From the NCBI GenBank assembly GCA_963816145.1, contig CAWFJP010000023.1, positions 11,290-75,289 on the forward strand: a DNA stretch of 64,000 bases, in the 5' to 3' direction. The notes under the pieces are model-generated. The model saw only the letters and a list, made by a program, of their open reading frames with translations. It did not search any database and was not told the DNA's origin. Position 1 is the first letter of the stretch. Each line of letters begins with the position of its first letter. Of the stretch, positions 19,924-30,300 are shown in pieces. Position numbers and translations under genes: made by a program. The DNA comes from an uncultured delta proteobacterium. GTDB taxonomy: Bacteria > Desulfobacterota > Binatia > UBA9968.

Positions 19924-20177
19924 AGGGTCGAGGGTCGGGTGTCGAGGGGGTACCTCACTCGACACTGCCTTTCCCTCGTCACTCATCACTCGACACTCGT
20001 GCACCCCTCGTCCCCTTCTCACAGGAGATAACCGAGGAAACAGAGGCTAATTTAAAAATCATCTCCGTTCTCTCCGTTGCCTCCTGTGCGAATTCAAATC
20101 TGAAACCTGACACCCGAATTCCAACCTTCTCGATCAATGCTTACCGATCACCCATCTTCTACCCTCGACACTCGACG
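19924..20177 (+). repeat. Family-A complete element, near-identical to 19058-19215
   Basis: gggtcgagggtcgggtgtcgaggggg...; hairpin 20020-20088; same tcaaatctgaaacctgaca.ccgaat.ccaacct.ctcgatca...accgatca...catcttct.ccctcgacactcgac tail. Confidence 0.85.
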
Positions 20178-20217
20178 TTCGCCCGGCGCAGTTCGCGGGG
20201 CGGCAACGCGAATTGGT

Positions 20218-21886
20218 TCAGGATTTTTGCCGATCGTTGGCCGGCGCCTGATACCATTGGTCCTTGGGTACCACCTTGGGCACTTCCGGGTCGCCCTCGT
20301 AGGCCGGCGTCATGATCTGCACGCCGTGCTCGTTGAAGACATCGAGGATATTTTGGTGCATCGCGGTATAGAGCCGCGCCATGGCGTGAGGATCATCGCA
20401 GTAGGCATTCAGTTCGTAGGTCACGGCGAAGTCGCCGAGCGACTTCTGCAGCACGAATGGCGCGGGCTCCTTGAGCAGCCCCGGAGTGCGTTGCGCGGCG
20501 AGCAACAGCATGGCCTCGACCTGCCGCCAGGGGGTTTCGTAACCGATCCCGACGGTGGTGTGCAGGATCAAGCCGCGGCTGCGGGCGAGCGTGCTGTAGT
20601 TCATGATGTTGCTGTTGATGATTGTCGAATTTGGCACGACGACCTCTTCGTTTTTGACCGTGCGCAGGTGCGTCACCATGAGCCGCCTTTCCGTCACATC
20701 GCCGATGACATTGTCGACACTGATACGGTCGCCGACCTTGAAGGCGCGCCGGTAGATCATGGTATAGCCGGCCATCATGTTGCCGATGACCGACGAGGAG
20801 CCCAGCGAAACCATCAAGCCAAGAAAGATCGACACCCCCTTGAACGCTTCCGAACTCGATCCGGGAATATAGGGATACGCGATCACCGCCGCGAAGGCGA
20901 TGATGACCAGCCGCGCGATCCGATATGTCGGCAGCGCCCACTCACGGTCGAAGCGCGCAAGCGTGACGGTGCCGCGATCGACGCTGTCGAAATACAGCCG
21001 CGTCAGGCGTAGGACATAGCGCGTCACGATTACAACCACGGCGACAAACGCGATTCCGGGTAGACTGTCGATCAATCCCAGGCCCATGGTCTGTAAAGGG
21101 CTCGAGCAGGATCGCCAGCAGTCGCAGCGCCAGCGGCCGCGTCCACGGATACAGGAAAAGCACAAAGTGGAGGTAGAGATAGCCGAGCGCCAACAGGGAC
21201 GACAGATAAAGCCCTCTGAGAATGGCGAACAGCGCGCTACTCAATTGCCGCGCCTGCACCAGTTGGTGCGACTGCGCTTCGAAAGCATGGATGCGGTCTT
21301 TGAAGCGCCGCTCGGCGATGGCGTCGAGCTTGCGGAATATGCGGCGAACAGCCAGCAGCGCAATCGCCAGCAGCACCGTCGCGCCGAGCGCGTACGCCGT
21401 ATTGATCAGCAGCACCCGCGGGCTGCGGTCATTGCGGTAAGATGCGATCGCCGCCGTGATTTTCATCAGCGCCCCTTCGGCCAATAACTGTCGGGAGATA
21501 CCTTCCGCCGCGGCATCGGCATCGAAAAAGGCCAACACCAGACCGTCGCCGGCCATAATTCTGGTCCTGTCTTCTATCTCGGACACGCGCAGCGACCCGG
21601 CGGTCACAGACTCATCGGCCGCGATCGTTTGAATGCGCTTGCTAATCGCCTTGGCGCGATCTCCGGCCGGGTACGCCAGGATGCCGCGCACCTGAAATAG
21701 CACCTCCCCATCGAGCGTGACGGGCGCGCGCTCATACTCCGCTGCATCGGTCCCGGAGGGTTCCGTCGCCGAGCCATTGCTCCGTGTTGTAGCGGTTGCC
21801 GCCCGCGCATCTTGGGCGACCGGCATCGCGAGCGTTGCCAGAATCGCGCCTATGATCAGAACCATCATCGAAATAGATCTGTGCAT
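20218..21886 (-). pseudogene. Large MscS-family mechanosensitive channel with periplasmic N-terminal domain, split by one frameshift
   Basis: ORF 20942-21952 (signal peptide from the ATG at 21886, periplasmic domain, TM helices) and ORF 20218-21165 (MscS pore and beta-domain: SIFLGLMVSLGSSSVIGNMMAGY...FKVGDRISV) join as ...LLEPLQTMGLGLID... if one G of the GGG run at 21098-21100 is removed. Confidence 0.7.
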
Positions 21887-22181
21887 GAAAAACTCTCCTG
21901 CCAAGTAATTAAGCGGGCGGGTGAGCAGCGGCAACGCGCTCACTTGCCGCATCCATCTCCGGTAAGTATCTGACGCCTGGCGATTTGTCGAACGGAGATA
22001 TCCGCTGCCAATGTTTTTTCATCTTTATATTCTCTCTTGCCCCTCGCTACCCGACCGAGTTTATTACGTTCAGTGCGCATGTGGTGTGACTAGACGAATT
22101 CCCCTACTTGTCGAAGGAAGAGCACACTTCGGCACCCGTTCGCGCCTTGCTAGCAAACTTTGCTCCGGTTAGGCTTCGACC

Positions 22182-22508
22182 ATGCTTGAAGATCCAATGG
22201 TACTATCTCCCGAAGATCTGCGCGCGCGGCTGCGTCCGTTCTGTGAGAAGCACCACATCCAGCGGTTGGAGGTTTTTGGGTCTGGCGCACGCGGGGCAAT
22301 AACGCCGAGCAGTGATATAGATTTGCTGGTGACGCTCGATCAGTCCGCGCCGGTCTCGACTGCTGAGCTGCTGGAAATCGCCGGCGAGGCGGAAGAAGTG
22401 GTGGGTCGCCCAGTTGATTTTGTCTTGCGTACGTCCCTGGAAAAATCGCCAAACCGCTATGCTCGCGAGCACATCCTGGCCACCGCCTTGTGCTTGTATG
22501 GAAACTGA
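22182..22508 (+). CDS. mntA: MNT-type nucleotidyltransferase antitoxin
   Basis: 108 aa with the GSGARG...DIDLLV nucleotidyltransferase motif. Overlaps the hepT start by 11 nt. Confidence 0.85.
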   Translation: MLEDPMVLSPEDLRARLRPFCEKHHIQRLEVFGSGARGAITPSSDIDLLVTLDQSAPVSTAELLEIAGEAEEVVGRPVDFVLRTSLEKSPNRYAREHILATALCLYGN

Positions 22509-22839
22509 CCAACTCGGCCGCCTTCGTGACATTCTGGAGGCGCCTCGGCTCATTGCCCTGTACGTCAACGACACAACGGAATCCGCTTTCCGTTCGGATT
22601 TACAAAAACAAGACGCCGTGATTCGGCGCATCGAAATCATCGGCGAGGCCGCAGCGCATTTGACTGAGGCTACGCGATAGCTCATCCCTCAACTCCCTTT
22701 GCGAAAAATGCGCGGCATGCGCAACCTCGTGGCGCATGATTACGCAAACGTGAATCTGCAGATTGTCTGGGAGGTCACTACGATGCACGTCCCGGAAATT
22801 TATGCCATCCTAGAAAGGTTCCTCGCCCAGCAAGAATAA
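22498..22839 (+). pseudogene. hepT: HepT (DUF86) RNase toxin interrupted by an in-frame TAG
   Basis: Starts METDQLGRLRDILEA...IEIIGEAAAHL, then TAG at 22678-22680. The same frame continues as LIPQLPLRKMRGMRNLVAHDYANV..., carrying the catalytic R-x4-H-x-Y motif, to TAA at 22837-22839. Confidence 0.75.
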
Positions 22840-22985
22840 TCGGGCAAGCGACCGCAGGCCAACCGGCAGGCGGCGCAAGACCTTCAAGATAAAGTTAACA
22901 ACGCGTCACTTCCTCCCAAGAGTAAACAGAGCAAAGCGAGAGGCGCCGGACGAGTATCGAGAAAAAGATCAGTCGTGTTTTTCGC

Positions 22986-23106
22986 ACAGTAGCTGACCGA
23001 GAAAACCGAGTTTAATGCAAAATTCATCTTCGTTCTCTCCGTTGCCTCCTGTTGGTTTTCCTACCTCTCGTCACTCGTCCCGCGACACTCTCATTCTCTC
23101 GTCACT
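22986..23106 (+). repeat. Family-A element, left arm degenerate
   Basis: acagtagctgaccgagaaaaccgag / loop / cttcgttctctccgttgcctcctgt, then ctctcgtcactcgtcccgcgacactc. Confidence 0.7.
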
Positions 23107-24098
23107 TGTCGAATGCGAAGATGCGCTTCCAGTCGTCCTTCATGCTGATCATATTCCAGCCGTTCTTCTTCGCCTGCGCCATCAGCGCATCGGTGAACGT
23201 GCCAACTTTGGACTTCGGCCCGTACGCGTACTCGCGCTTGTCGTCGTCGTGGTGCACCAGCATCATCAGCCGCGCCCCGTCGCCCGCCTGGGTGTATTCG
23301 AGCATTTGCTTGTCGCCGACGGAGTTGCCGAAGGCCGCGACAGGTCGCCGGCCGATCATCAGATGTATCCCCTCCGGCTTGCCGGCGCTGTCGTCGTTCA
23401 ATAGCAGCTTGGGCACTTTGACGAGGTTCGGCTTGCCGCTCTTGTCGTAAACAAAATTGGTTGCGCCGGCGCTGCCGACCACCTGCTCGGGCGGGATTCC
23501 GTAGACTTGTTCTGAATACACGCGCACGAAATCCTGGCCGCCGCCGGTGACGAAATAGGTTTTGTAACCATTGGCGCGAAACAGCTTCAGCACTTCCTGC
23601 ATCGGCTGATAGGTAAGGTCGGTAAACAGCCGGTCGAAACGCGGATGCTTGGCGCTGGCAAGCCACTTTTTCGCCTCGGCGTTGAACTCATCCACCGTCA
23701 TGCCGGTAAGGGTAGCGGCGAGAATCATTTCTAACTGCGGCATCGTGAACTTGGCCATCGCCTCACGATTGCCCGACAGCACTGTCTTGAACGGCTCGAC
23801 GATTTTCAAATCCGGCTTCGCCTTGACCACCGCCGGAACGCGATCCAAACAGTAGATCAATTGCGTGTACATCGGCTGCTCGACCCAGGTCGTGCCGTCC
23901 TGATCGAAGGTCGCGATGCGCGCCTCCGGCGCGACGAACTTCGCGACTGCTCTTTTCCGTGGTCGCCTTGACGAACTCGACGATCGCCTTTTTCGCCGCG
24001 CCGTCGTTCCACGACGGCAGCGGGTCGCTCTGAGCGAAAGCTTGCGCGGCCGCCAGCAAAAAGATGAATGCTGCGAGCGGAGTTCTGTTTGGCATCAT
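23102..24098 (-). pseudogene. Secreted HAD-superfamily hydrolase, split by one frameshift
   Basis: The ATG at 24098 gives signal peptide MMPNRTPLAAFIFLLAAAQAFA...VKATTEKS. After a 1-nt slip near 23945-23952, the frame continues VAKFVAPEARIATFDQDGTTWVEQPMYTQL... into ORF 23102-23872 (FVTGGGQDF, FGNSVGDKQML). Confidence 0.65.
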
Positions 24099-24159
24099 AG
24101 GTCTCACGGGAAGTCTCCTTCTTATCATTTGTTGTACCCGATGTAACCGCGGACAGCGG

Positions 24160-24273
24160 AGGTCGAGGCCACGATCACTCGTGCCATCCGCACAGGAGCT
24201 AATAGAGAGAACAGAGAAAACAGAGGTTAAGCTGACTTTAGTCTTCGTCTCTGTTCTCTCCATTGTCTCCGGT
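24160..24273 (+). repeat. Family-A element, diverged
   Basis: ggtcgaggccacgatcactcg; cacaggagctaatagagagaacagagaaaacagagg / loop / ctctgttctctccattgtctccggt. Lies upstream of the HAD gene. Confidence 0.7.
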
Positions 24274-24384
24274 AAAAACTCAACGCAAGATAAGATGCAA
24301 CGGCGCAGAGGGTTTACAATCAACGGGCGGCCCATTTGGGCCGCCCGCTCAGGCGCAATTCACAATCTGCAATCCGCTTCCGGC

Positions 24385-26112
24385 CTATGAACTCGGGTGG
24401 CCGGCCGCCTGCATTTGCTTAAGAATCCCGTCCAGGTTGTAGGTTTCCGGCGCCTGCATCGGCGGGAAATCCTTGTACGAAAAAAGCTCCTTCTCCCAGA
24501 GCAACTGCCCGAGCGGCAGCATGTTCCAGTTGTAAATATAAGCGTTGCCGGCGGAACCAATTGATCCGCCGTAGCCAATGATTGACTTCGCATCGGCACC
24601 GACCGTCTGCTCGAAGGGATCACGCTTGATGTTGGTGAGCTGGGTCCAGTGGTAGGTAACCGCGCCAAACAGCCCGCCGACCGCGGTGTCGGGCACCATC
24701 GTGTAGTACATTTTCCAGTTCTTGTAGCGCACCGCCGACGGTTGCGATCCCGTATAGTAGAAGAAAACTTCACGCGCCGACTTCTCGGACTTGCCTTCGA
24801 GGTAGTCAGTCTGGTCGACGCCGTCGAGCTTGGTCTTGCGGATCCCAGGATACTTGCCGGCCATGATCTGCTCGTTAAGCGCAGTGCCTTTCGGTCCGCC
24901 GGCGATGTTGACCAGCGTCGGCAACCAGTCCAATGCGGCGAACAATCCGTTCTTGACCGTGCCCGGCTTGATGTGGCCGGGCCAGCGGACCACCAGCGGA
25001 GCCTTCATGCCGCCTTCCCACGTGGTCAGCTTGCCGCCCTTGAAGGGGGTGGTGCCGCCGTCCGGGAAAGTTATATTCTCGGCGCCATTGTCAGTCGTGA
25101 AGACAAGAATGGTGTTGTCGAGTTCACCCATATCCTCGAGCTTTTTGATCACATAGCCGATGTTGTCATCCAACTGCTTCATGCCGGCTTCGTTAAGGCC
25201 CCAGTCCTTGCCGCCTGGTTCGCCGACCATGGCCTCGTATTTCGGCGGGAGTACAGTTGTGATATGCATGCGCGCCGGGTTGTACCAGACGAAGAAAGGC
25301 TTGTTGGTCTTCTTCGGGTCGTTGCGGTCGAGATAATCGATGACCTTGGACGAGATTTCTTCGTCCACTGTCTTCGACCGCTCCAGCGTTAACGGACCCT
25401 GGTCTTGGCATGTCTGATTCGCCTGGGTGCCATCACTGGACCTGCACCAAATGACCGGGCGCGGCGGGGTCAGGCAGGTCGAGGTCCGCGGATCCAAGCC
25501 ACCGGGGACCTCCGGCAAGCCAGGGACCGGTGAGTTCCGGCACGGCGGCGCGATCCCTTGGACAAGTGGGGTTTTGTTTAAGTCGACGAAGCTCACGCCT
25601 TGCATGGCGTCGAGGTGGTACAGGTAACCCCAGTATTCCTGGAAGCCGTGCGCGGTCGGCAGGGACTCGGCGTGATCGCCCAAGTGATTCTTGCCGAACT
25701 CGCCGGTGTTGTAACCAAGGTCGAGCAGGAACTTGGCCACCGCCGGCGTGCCGGCGCGCAGCCACGACGGGCTGCCGGGCAGCTGCGGCGGAATCATGCC
25801 GGTGCGCAGCGGCGTCATGCCGGTAAAGAAGGCATTGCGCCCTGCCGTGCAGCTCTGCTCTGTCAGATAGTCCATGAAGATCGCGCCCTCTTGACCGATG
25901 CGGTCGATGTTGGGCGTTTCGCCGACCATTAAACCACGGTGATAGATGCTCGGCTGCATCCAGCCGATGTCATCGCCCATGATGAACATGATATTCGGTT
26001 TCTTCTGCTGCGCCGCCGCTGGTCCTGCTATTAGGCCCAGCAATGCCAGCAATATGAATGTTGTCATTGAAAACTTTTTCCCGTATCTCATAAAATCTCT
26101 CCTCTTCTCCAT
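24385..26112 (-). CDS. Arylsulfatase (formylglycine-dependent type I sulfatase)
   Basis: 575 aa with a signal peptide. IMFIMGDDIGW and the C-x-A-x-R variant of the sulfatase signature (SCTAGRNAFFTGM), plus the conserved TDNGAE and TPFKGGK blocks. Confidence 0.9.
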   Translation of the reverse strand: MEKRRDFMRYGKKFSMTTFILLALLGLIAGPAAAQQKKPNIMFIMGDDIGWMQPSIYHRGLMVGETPNIDRIGQEGAIFMDYLTEQSCTAGRNAFFTGMTPLRTGMIPPQLPGSPSWLRAGTPAVAKFLLDLGYNTGEFGKNHLGDHAESLPTAHGFQEYWGYLYHLDAMQGVSFVDLNKTPLVQGIAPPCRNSPVPGLPEVPGGLDPRTSTCLTPPRPVIWCRSSDGTQANQTCQDQGPLTLERSKTVDEEISSKVIDYLDRNDPKKTNKPFFVWYNPARMHITTVLPPKYEAMVGEPGGKDWGLNEAGMKQLDDNIGYVIKKLEDMGELDNTILVFTTDNGAENITFPDGGTTPFKGGKLTTWEGGMKAPLVVRWPGHIKPGTVKNGLFAALDWLPTLVNIAGGPKGTALNEQIMAGKYPGIRKTKLDGVDQTDYLEGKSEKSAREVFFYYTGSQPSAVRYKNWKMYYTMVPDTAVGGLFGAVTYHWTQLTNIKRDPFEQTVGADAKSIIGYGGSIGSAGNAYIYNWNMLPLGQLLWEKELFSYKDFPPMQAPETYNLDGILKQMQAAGHPSS

Positions 26113-26146
26113 ATTTATACGTCAGTGATTGCCGTTCTTGAGCCGT

Positions 26147-26467
26147 CTACACGCCGCAGGCGAACTTGATCTCGGCGATTCGTTCGTCGATCCGTTTGTT
26201 ATATTCACCGGTCGCAACCCTAAGCTTTGTCCCTGTAGTCCCGGTAACCAGGCCAAGGACGATCCCAGCTGGAACAAGCGATGTAACCCCGGCGACAACT
26301 TGCCTTGCCACATGGGCTTTTTCCGATTCCAGGACACGTATATCTCCTTCGGCGACGTCACAGTTGATTGGCTGCTTGAGCGACTTTTCAACGCTCCTTT
26401 CCTGGAACGCGCACCCCGTCAGCGTCATCGCGGCAAAAATAATTACGACTTGCTTCTTCATGGTCAC
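26147..26467 (-). CDS. Small lipoprotein, unknown function
   Basis: 106 aa with lipobox AAMTLTGC. A Gly-rich hydrophobic stretch (VAGVTSLVPAGIVLGLVTGTTG) is present. Confidence 0.55.
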   Translation of the reverse strand: MTMKKQVVIIFAAMTLTGCAFQERSVEKSLKQPINCDVAEGDIRVLESEKAHVARQVVAGVTSLVPAGIVLGLVTGTTGTKLRVATGEYNKRIDERIAEIKFACGV

Positions 26468-26643
26468 ATCCCCCTTTTAGGCTTCTCCTTTTACCTGCGT
26501 AATACCTATAAACTTCATTTGATTTCAGAATTGTTACAGGTTCGAGCAAATGCGTTTATAGCGATAATTCATTCGCGAATTTCTCCAGGCTGTAGATGCG
26601 ATGTCGGGGGAGCTGGCAGGCGGCAGAAAACCCGATGGCCGAC

Positions 26644-26970
26644 TTACCGATTCCACTGTTCCAATTTTATTGTGGAATCGCCTGACTCGACGACCTTCGC
26701 TTCGCAAATTCGGATATCGTCCAACTTCCCAAGCACCTTGACGGCGCCAATCAACGCGCGAAATCCTTCCGATGATAAATAAGCGTGCATCGCTGTCGCT
26801 TCGGACCATTGCTCCAGGAGCAATAAATGGGTTGGCGCCATGGCGTCTTCATATGCCCGCCTTTCCAAACAACCCGCCGGCAAATTATCGGACAACCACA
26901 TTTTGCACGTCTGCATCAACTCCCGTCGTAGCTCGGGTTCAACTTCCGCTCTGATCGATATGCCAATCAC
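26644..26970 (-). CDS. ABM (antibiotic-biosynthesis-monooxygenase-like) ferredoxin-fold protein, tentative
   Basis: 108 aa. The pattern I.I....EPELR....LLLLEQWSEATAMHAYLSSEGFRALIGA resembles ABM/Dabb domains. It lies downstream of a sigma-54-like promoter candidate. Confidence 0.45.
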   Translation of the reverse strand: MIGISIRAEVEPELRRELMQTCKMWLSDNLPAGCLERRAYEDAMAPTHLLLLEQWSEATAMHAYLSSEGFRALIGAVKVLGKLDDIRICEAKVVESGDSTIKLEQWNR

Positions 26971-27026
26971 AGGTTAGGCTTCCGCTGGAAAAGCATCTCT
27001 GGTCGCTTCCAGCGAGAACTGCTGTG

Positions 27027-27042
27027 AGCAGTTATCAGGCCA
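27027..27042 (-). promoter_or_regulatory. Candidate sigma-54 (-24/-12) promoter
   Basis: The minus strand reads TGGCCTG-ATAA-CTGCT, against consensus TGGCACG-N4-TTGCW. The GG and GC are correctly spaced. It lies ~55 bp upstream of the ABM-like gene start and ~310 bp downstream of the activator gene. Confidence 0.35.
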
Positions 27043-27147
27043 AATCTCCAACGAGTGGATCACAGCAGTCAGAAGGTTAGTATTATCAATGAGCTACGAA
27101 ACTTCGTTACGACTATGTTAAGCGCACAAAGCTTTAGCGGCTCGCCA

Positions 27148-27188
27148 CTGAGATCTCAGGATATGGCGAAGTCTCAAAATGTTGAGAC
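27148..27188. promoter_or_regulatory. Two perfect palindromes at enhancer distance from the -24/-12 candidate
   Basis: CTGAGATCTCAG (27148-27159) and GTCTCAA-AATG-TTGAGAC (27171-27188), 105-160 bp upstream of the -24 element. Confidence 0.25.
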
Positions 27189-27353
27189 CGGCGGCAGGCA
27201 GTTCAAGTCGTCAAAAACAATTGATCTAACAAGGCAATGGATGACAGAGGCATTCAGGAATGATCGATCCGAGGAGGAACTGACTCTTAAGGTAGGAGAG
27301 TTCTGGAAGCGGGAGTTTGAAGTAGAGTATCAGTGTTTTTCGTTAGGGCAAAT

Positions 27354-30300
27354 TTATTTCTGGGTTTGCCCTGGTGTATAGCCCGAGATTTTGGTCAATC
27401 CCAGTTTTTTCATGCGGAACCTGAGCGTCGATGGATGAAGTTTTAGCATCGCCGCCGAACCGTTAGGCCCATTGATACGCCACCCGGTCGCCTCAAGCGC
27501 CCGCAGAATGTGGTCCCGCTCTGCTTCGTTCAACGACGATACGCTGGTCGATTCGTAGGAATGCTTAACCTCGCTGAGAGCTGTATTCGTTGCTTGAAGT
27601 AGCGGTTCAGGCAAGCGCAAAACGCCATCCGATGAGACGATCACCGCCCGCTCGATCACGTTTTGCAGTTCGCGGATGTTACCCGGCCAGTTATACTCCG
27701 TGAATGCGCGCATCACTTGCGCCGGCACTTCGCTGATAGTCTTGCCCAAACGTTCCCCGAGCTGTCGCGCATAATGGCTTACCAGCAATGGAATGTCTTC
27801 CCGTCGTTGCGACAGCGGGGGAATGGTAATCGGATAGACATTGAGCCGATAATAAAGATCCTGGCGGAACCGGCCCGCCGAGACCTCGTCATGCAATTTG
27901 CGGTTGGTTGCCGCAATGACTCGGACCTTGACCTTGATCGTGCTCGAACCACCGACCCGCTCAAACTCGCCTTCCTGCAGCACGCGCAAAAGTTTCGCTT
28001 GCGTCCCGGCGGGCAGCTCCCCGACTTCATCGAGCAGGATCGTGCCACCGTCGGCGAGCTCGAATCGGCCTTTGCGTTGGCGCTCCGCGCCTGTAAAGGC
28101 GCCTTTTTCATGGCCAAACAGTTCGCTCTCGACGAGAGCCTCAGGCAGCGTTGCGCAGTTCACCTTTATGTATGGCCGGTCGAATCGGGAACTTCTGTCG
28201 TGGATCGCGCGCGCAATGAGTTCCTTGCCCACGCCAGTCTCGCCCTGCAACAGCACGGTGGCGTCGGTCTTAGCCACTTGCTCCACCCGCGTGAGCACAT
28301 ATTTCAAGGCGTCGCTCTTGCCGACGATTTCTTCGAAGCCCTTTACCTCGGAAATCTCCTCCTTTAGATAGAGGTTTTCCTCCTCGAGACGCTCTTTAAG
28401 GCCGCGGATCTCGTCGAAAGCCGCGTTGAGATCATGCTCCGCCTGCTTGCGCGCGGTGACATCGCTGATCGAAGCCAAAACGAACAGTCCTCGCGGCGTG
28501 CGCAGCGGACTAAGGCCGATTTCGAGCGGGACTTCACTGCCGTCTTTGCGGCGGCCGAAAATTTCACCATTGGCGCCCATCGGGCGCAATTGTGGATCGG
28601 CAACGTAATTTTGCCGATCTCGCAAATGATTGACGCGGAACCGCTCGGGAATCAGCATTTCGATGGGTTGGCCGATCAGCTGGCCGCGCGAGTAACCGAA
28701 AAGCGCCTCCGCGGCCGCGTTGACCGAACTGATAATGCCCGCGCGATCCACCAGGATCATGCCATTGGGCGCCGCCTCGAGAATTTGCCGCGAGCGCTCT
28801 TCGGCCTGCTTGCGCTCGGTAATGTCCAATACCACGCCCATCCGGCGCCCTGCAGCGCCGCTGGATTCATTACTGGCGCGACCGCGCGTCAGCACCCATC
28901 GCTCGCTGCCGTCGGGACCGACCACGCGAAATTCCCCTTCATAGGAGCTGCCGGCCTGTTGCATGCGTGCAACCTCGGCGGCGACACGGGCTCGATCATC
29001 AGGATGAACCGCGCCGAGCAGATCTTCGAATCGGAGCGCATCGTTCGCTGCTAAGCCGAACCATGTCCGCAAGCGCGGATTGGCCCACACTTCACCGCGT
29101 GCTAAATCGCGCACCCACAGGCCGAGCTCGCCGGCTTCGGTGGAGAGTTCCAAGAATTCCTGGCTCTCCCGAAGTTGAGTCTCCGCGCGACGGCGCCGCC
29201 TGCGTTGCAAAAGCAAACCAGAGATCATTGCCGCTTGAACCAGAATGGTGGCGAGTACGGCGATGATGTACCAATGGTATTGCTCCCAGATTGAAGGCGA
29301 ACGAAATCGAATAACTCTGCCTTGGGGTAATCGTGATTCGTCGATGCCCCAGCGCTTCAACTCGCGCCAGTCGTACTCTGGTGCCGCTGGTTTCAAGAAT
29401 ACGGGCTTGATACTACTTGCGGATGTCCCGTTAAGAATCCGGAGCGCTATTTGGGCCGACTGCCGGCTCACTTCCTGGTACGGAGACAACGGGCCGCCAA
29501 CGATGCCCCCGCCGAGTTGATGATCAAAGATTCCGAAGATCGGGGCGTTACTATGTTGTCGAAGCACATCGAGAGCTCTTTCCTGTTCGTAGGGCACACC
29601 GGCCGCGTCAACAACCAGTAGAAAATACACGATTGCTGAGTCAGGCGGGAGCCTGGACAAGCGCCGGTCTAGCTCCTCGAATGAGAGCTCATTGAGCCAA
29701 TTGAATTGGACGCGTTTGGTTAAGTGCTGCGTATCCCGGCGGAATTCCGCCTGCCAGTATTTTTCGAAGGGCGAGTTGCCGGTTACGACTTCAATGTTCC
29801 TGGTTTTAGGCAAAATCCGCAAAATGTGTTCGACGATCCCCGCCAGATCCAGACTGATCCCGAACGCCGTAGCATTGCTGCGGTTTAGCTCGCCTACACG
29901 CCGATTGTCGGCGGCCACCACTAGCATGGGAACCTTCGGCAACAGAATGTCGCCGTGTCGCTGCAAGAAAAACATCGCCGGAGCGCCGATCGGCACAATC
30001 AGGTCCGGGGGTCGTTTAGTGAACAGGGCGCGCAAGTAGTTGACCAAGGGAGTTTCCGAACCGGCTTCGGCAAACATCGTGGATTCCAAGGAAGCCTCGA
30101 GAAAATCGATAGGGGCCGCCGATTGCCGGGCCAGTTCCGCGCGAAACGTCGTCGATACAGCTGTGAACGGCGCAAAATTCCGACCAAACGAATGTAAGAT
30201 TAATACCCGTCTGACTTGCGGCTTGTCGGTAGCTTTGCCCTCTTTGACCGCAGGAATGTTCTTCGCATCCTGCGCCCTCGCAGGCAAACCTAGAATTAGT

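Noticed and set aside
19818-19982. N-terminal extensions of track ORFs that run into repeats: 19338-19982, 42957-43454, 23763-24335 and 60848-61762.
   Set aside because: The extra codons translate family-A repeats or the end of the upstream gene. Internal starts with Shine-Dalgarno sequences and proper signal peptides are more plausible.
18960-20177. Possibility that the recurring hairpins form a CRISPR-like array.
   Set aside because: Repeat units are ~65-nt imperfect palindromes with irregular spacing of hundreds to thousands of bp. They are separated by genes rather than short unique spacers. No cas genes are present.
27055-27381. 108-aa plus-strand ORF in the AT-richer spacer after the sigma-54 activator gene.
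   Set aside because: It has a GTG start without an RBS, overlaps the activator's 3' end, and has no motif. The region is better explained as a regulatory spacer holding the -24/-12 candidate and palindromes.
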